From: Acidobacteriota bacterium
GTDB lineage: Bacteria > Acidobacteriota > Thermoanaerobaculia > Thermoanaerobaculales > Thermoanaerobaculaceae
DNA length: 48,393 bases
Reading direction: 5' to 3'
NCBI GenBank assembly: GCA_039961755.1
Contig: JABRVY010000224.1
Span: 1-48,393 of the forward strand
In this document: positions 45,746 through 48,393 of the stretch, piece by piece
How positions within the stretch are numbered: position 1 is the stretch's first letter
Layout: each line of letters opens with the position of its first letter
Notes under the pieces: model-generated
Told to the model about the DNA's origin: nothing
Databases searched by the model: none
What the model saw: the letters and a program-made list of their open reading frames with translations, nothing else
Position numbers and translations under genes: made by a program

Positions 45746-46645
45746 GTGAACCCAACCAGTGTGCTCGACTGCATAGGAAACACGCCGCTGCTGCCGGTGC
45801 GGCGCATGGTGGAGCCGGGGATGGCGGCGGTGTATCTCAAGATGGAGGCCTGGAACCCCTCCGGATCCTTGAAGGACCGCATCGTCAAGATGATCCTGGA
45901 GCGCGCCCTGGCCGAAGGCCGCCTCAAACCCCACCACATCATCATTGACGCTTCCTCGGGCAACACCGGCATTGCCCTGGGGATGATCGCCCGGGTGCTG
46001 GGGTACCGCTCCCGCATCTACATGCCCGAAACCAAGACCATCGAGCGGCGCAAGATCATGCAGGCGTGGGGGACCGAAGTGGTGCTCACCTCCGGCGCCG
46101 ATCAAAACTCCCACATCTGGGCCGCCGAGGAGGCCGCGCGGGACACCGAGACGTACTTCTACCTCAATCAGAACGGCGACCCGGGCAACTGGCTGGCCCA
46201 CTACCACGGCACCGGTAGCGAGCTGCTGGCGCAGACCGAGGGGCGCCTGGATTGCTTCGTGGCCGGCGCTGGTACGGGCGGGATGTTGATGGGGGTGTCG
46301 CGGCGCCTCTCGGATGCCGGTCTGGCCACCCGCATCGTGGCCGTAGAGCCCGCCGAACCCCACTCACGCATCGAGGGTTTGCTCCACTTCGACGGCTCCT
46401 ACACGCCGCCCATCTGGGAACCCCATCGCGTCCATGCTCACGTCCAGGTGAGCGACGATGATGCCTTCGCCACCGCCCGTCGCATGATGCGCGAGGAGGG
46501 CCTTTTTTGCGGTCCCTCCGCCGGGGCGGCCCTGTTCGTGGCGCTGGCCGAGGCCCGTCGCCTGGGCGAGGGCAAGGTTGTCGTGGCGGCCGCCTGCGAC
46601 CGCGGAGAGCGCTACCTCTCCACCCGTCTCATCGACGGAAACTGA
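45746..46645 (+). CDS. Cysteine-synthase-fold PLP enzyme (CysK/CysM/CBS family)
   Basis: This is the 3' part of the long ORF 44255..46645, whose 5' portion is antisense to the decarboxylase. The GTG at 45746 lies 5 nt after GGAG. The PLP lysine is in NPSGSLKDR, with SSGNTG and GAGTGG also present. The protein is 299 aa. Confidence 0.85.
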   Translation: MNPTSVLDCIGNTPLLPVRRMVEPGMAAVYLKMEAWNPSGSLKDRIVKMILERALAEGRLKPHHIIIDASSGNTGIALGMIARVLGYRSRIYMPETKTIERRKIMQAWGTEVVLTSGADQNSHIWAAEEAARDTETYFYLNQNGDPGNWLAHYHGTGSELLAQTEGRLDCFVAGAGTGGMLMGVSRRLSDAGLATRIVAVEPAEPHSRIEGLLHFDGSYTPPIWEPHRVHAHVQVSDDDAFATARRMMREEGLFCGPSAGAALFVALAEARRLGEGKVVVAAACDRGERYLSTRLIDGN

Positions 46646-46654
46646 CAACCCGCT

Positions 46655-47245
46655 CTAGCGCCACTTGATGGTGCAGCCTAAAGCCTTGGTCTCGGCCACA
46701 GGGATCGGTTGTCCGGCCGCCACCGCTCGCAGAGCATCGGCCAGGTAGTGCTTCTCCACCTTCTCCGGCTCCCGGGCGTTGTCGTCGATGGCCCCGTGGT
46801 ACACCAGCTTGCCGGCGGCGTCGAAGAGGAACACCTCGGGCGTGCGGGTGGCGCCGAACGCTCTGGCCACGCCGGAGGTGTCGTCCACCACGTAGGGGAA
46901 CTTGAACCCCCGCTCCCGCGCCCGCTCCTGCATCACCTCGTAGGAGTCCTCGGCCACCTTGGCGGGGTCGTTGGGGTTGATGACGATCACCCCGATGCCC
47001 ATCTCCGGGGCACGGTTGCCCAGCTCGGCGATGCGCGTCTCCCACGCCTTCACCCACGGGCAGGCGTTGCAGGAGAACATCACCAACGTCCCCCTCTCCC
47101 CCCGCACATCGGCAATGGACACCATCCGGCCACTCACGTCCTTCATCTTCACGTCGGTGGCGGGCGCCTGAGCCCCCAGCTCGATCGCCAGGGCCACGCC
47201 GGCCGCCGCCACCAGCACCACTGCCAGGGCCAGAACCTTCCTCAT
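46655..47245 (-). CDS. Secreted thioredoxin-fold (redoxin) protein
   Basis: 196 aa. It has a signal peptide, the active-site-like motif CNACPW, and the C-terminal GCTIKW typical of this redoxin subgroup. Confidence 0.75.
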   Translation of the reverse strand: MRKVLALAVVLVAAAGVALAIELGAQAPATDVKMKDVSGRMVSIADVRGERGTLVMFSCNACPWVKAWETRIAELGNRAPEMGIGVIVINPNDPAKVAEDSYEVMQERARERGFKFPYVVDDTSGVARAFGATRTPEVFLFDAAGKLVYHGAIDDNAREPEKVEKHYLADALRAVAAGQPIPVAETKALGCTIKWR

Positions 47246-47251
47246 CCTCGC

Positions 47252-47797
47252 TCACCCCTTTCCCGCCGCTTCGCCGGCGGCCATGTCCACGGCGGCGCGG
47301 AACTCCTCGAAGCTGGCGCCGCCCTCCCAGAATCGTACCAACCGCCGGGAGCGGTCGTACACCAGGGTGGCCGGCAGCGCCCCCGACCAGCGCTCGCTCA
47401 CCGCATCGATGAACTCCTGATCTTTCCCCTCCTTGATGTAGCTGGGGAAAGTCACCCCCTGCTCGGCCAGGAACTGCCGCGCCATCTCCGCCTGATCGGG
47501 GAAATCGGCGGACACCAGGACGAGGTCCAGGCGCTCCTGGGGGAGTTCCCTGGACAGCCGAACCAGCGCCGGGAACTCCTCCCGGCACGGCAGGCACCAG
47601 GTGGCCCAGATGTTGACCAGGACCACCTCGGATTGCGAAGCGCGCACGCGTTCCTCCAGCTGCGCCCCCGTCACCGCCAGCAGGGGAGGCGCATCGGAGG
47701 ACATGGACGACGTCGATGGCATCGGGTCCCTCTTGCACCCCCCGAGGAACCCCATCATCGCCACCAGTACCGCCAGCACTCCGACCCGACGAACCAT
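47252..47797 (-). CDS. TlpA-family thiol:disulfide oxidoreductase lipoprotein
   Basis: 181 aa. It has a lipobox FLGGC and the motif WATWCLPC (WCxxC). Confidence 0.85.
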   Translation of the reverse strand: MVRRVGVLAVLVAMMGFLGGCKRDPMPSTSSMSSDAPPLLAVTGAQLEERVRASQSEVVLVNIWATWCLPCREEFPALVRLSRELPQERLDLVLVSADFPDQAEMARQFLAEQGVTFPSYIKEGKDQEFIDAVSERWSGALPATLVYDRSRRLVRFWEGGASFEEFRAAVDMAAGEAAGKG

Positions 47798-47866
47798 GCT
47801 TCTGCCCTGTCGTCTGGAACGTCGCGGCGACCTCCCCTCTTCCCAGGTCGGTACCCCCGTGGGTTG

Positions 47867-48393
47867 TTACTCCGGGAAGCGACGGGTGATGTTGAACCCC
47901 AGCCTGACGTCACCTTTCTCAAAACCGCCGGGCAGGTCGGAACCCACGAGAAGGTCAACGGTGGTGGCGCGGGAGTTGCCCAGGTACATGAGAAACTCGT
48001 GGCCGGGTACGCGCTTTACCAAACCCACCGCCCACGCCGTCGTGCCCGTAGATGCATCTCGATTGGCGGGAACGCCTTCCGCCAGCAGGCCCCAATTTTT
48101 CGGCAGGTGCCAGGCGACGGCCGCCCCGAGATTGGCGGCCCGCCGCAAGGTCGGCGTGTCGGAGGCGAACATGGGTACGAGAAAGATCTCAAAGGATGAC
48201 GACAGCTCACGGGCAAGGACCAGCTGGCCGATCCCCGTCCAGCGCTCCTCCACCCCCCGCGCTCCCCGGAAGCCGGCACCCAGACGGATTGCCATTCCGA
48301 TGGGCCAGCCCTCCCCCTGCCGGGCCAGGGTCACCTTGGCGTTGGCCTCCAGCTGCTTGAAAAAGGAGGACCGGTAGAGACCTACTTCCAGGT
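47867..48393 (-). CDS. Putative outer-membrane beta-barrel protein (DUF5777-like), 5' end outside the window
   Basis: The track lists 47867..48334, but the frame stays open to the window edge (..LEVGLYRSSFFKQLEANAK precedes the listed GTG). It shows alternating hydrophobic beta patterning and ends in GHEFLMYLGNS...VRLGFNITRRF. Confidence 0.5.
   Translation of the reverse strand, partial: LEVGLYRSSFFKQLEANAKVTLARQGEGWPIGMAIRLGAGFRGARGVEERWTGIGQLVLARELSSSFEIFLVPMFASDTPTLRRAANLGAAVAWHLPKNWGLLAEGVPANRDASTGTTAWAVGLVKRVPGHEFLMYLGNSRATTVDLLVGSDLPGGFEKGDVRLGFNITRRFPE

Overview
GC-rich (about two-thirds G+C by eye, not computed) chromosomal segment from a diderm bacterium. The diderm call rests on a SurA-like chaperone, DUF481 and beta-barrel outer-membrane proteins, and lipobox lipoproteins. 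Coding density is high, and I found no rRNA, tRNA, CRISPR array, transposase or integrase. Many long ORFs in the track are antisense shadows of real genes, as expected at this GC content. About 46 genes are supported. They include housekeeping genes (uvrB, PBP1A, PiT/DUF47, trkA-trkH, ahcY, mazG, NUDIX, SurA-like PPIase, AlaX-type editing protein), a fadN-like/fadA beta-oxidation pair, a TPR-GGDEF cyclase and a TlpA/redoxin envelope module. The regions I consider most worth a second look are these: (1) a minus-strand cassette at 27748..31632 with overlapping start/stop codons (PTPS/QueD-like, extended SDR, serine-palmitoyltransferase-like oxoamine synthase, GNAT-fold acyltransferase), 13 nt downstream of a fused E1 alpha/beta dehydrogenase, which could make a sphingoid/ceramide-like or sulfonolipid-type lipid; (2) a DUF1844, TPR/zinc-ribbon membrane protein and PATAN(DUF4388)-TM-pseudopilin-like fusion module at 36316..39849; (3) a dnaK-hsp20-hspR-sigma70-family operon with a near-consensus promoter overlapped by a HAIR-like inverted repeat and no grpE/dnaJ; (4) an orphan DUF3782-like coiled-coil/PD-(D/E)XK-like gene with 42-bp in-frame repeats that differ only at synonymous sites; (5) an uncharacterised operon of receiver-only response regulator, small membrane protein, TSUP permease and lipoprotein. 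Two intergenic regions of about 410 bp (367..780 and 12986..13394) remain unexplained. All family assignments come from motif recognition by eye; no database search was run.
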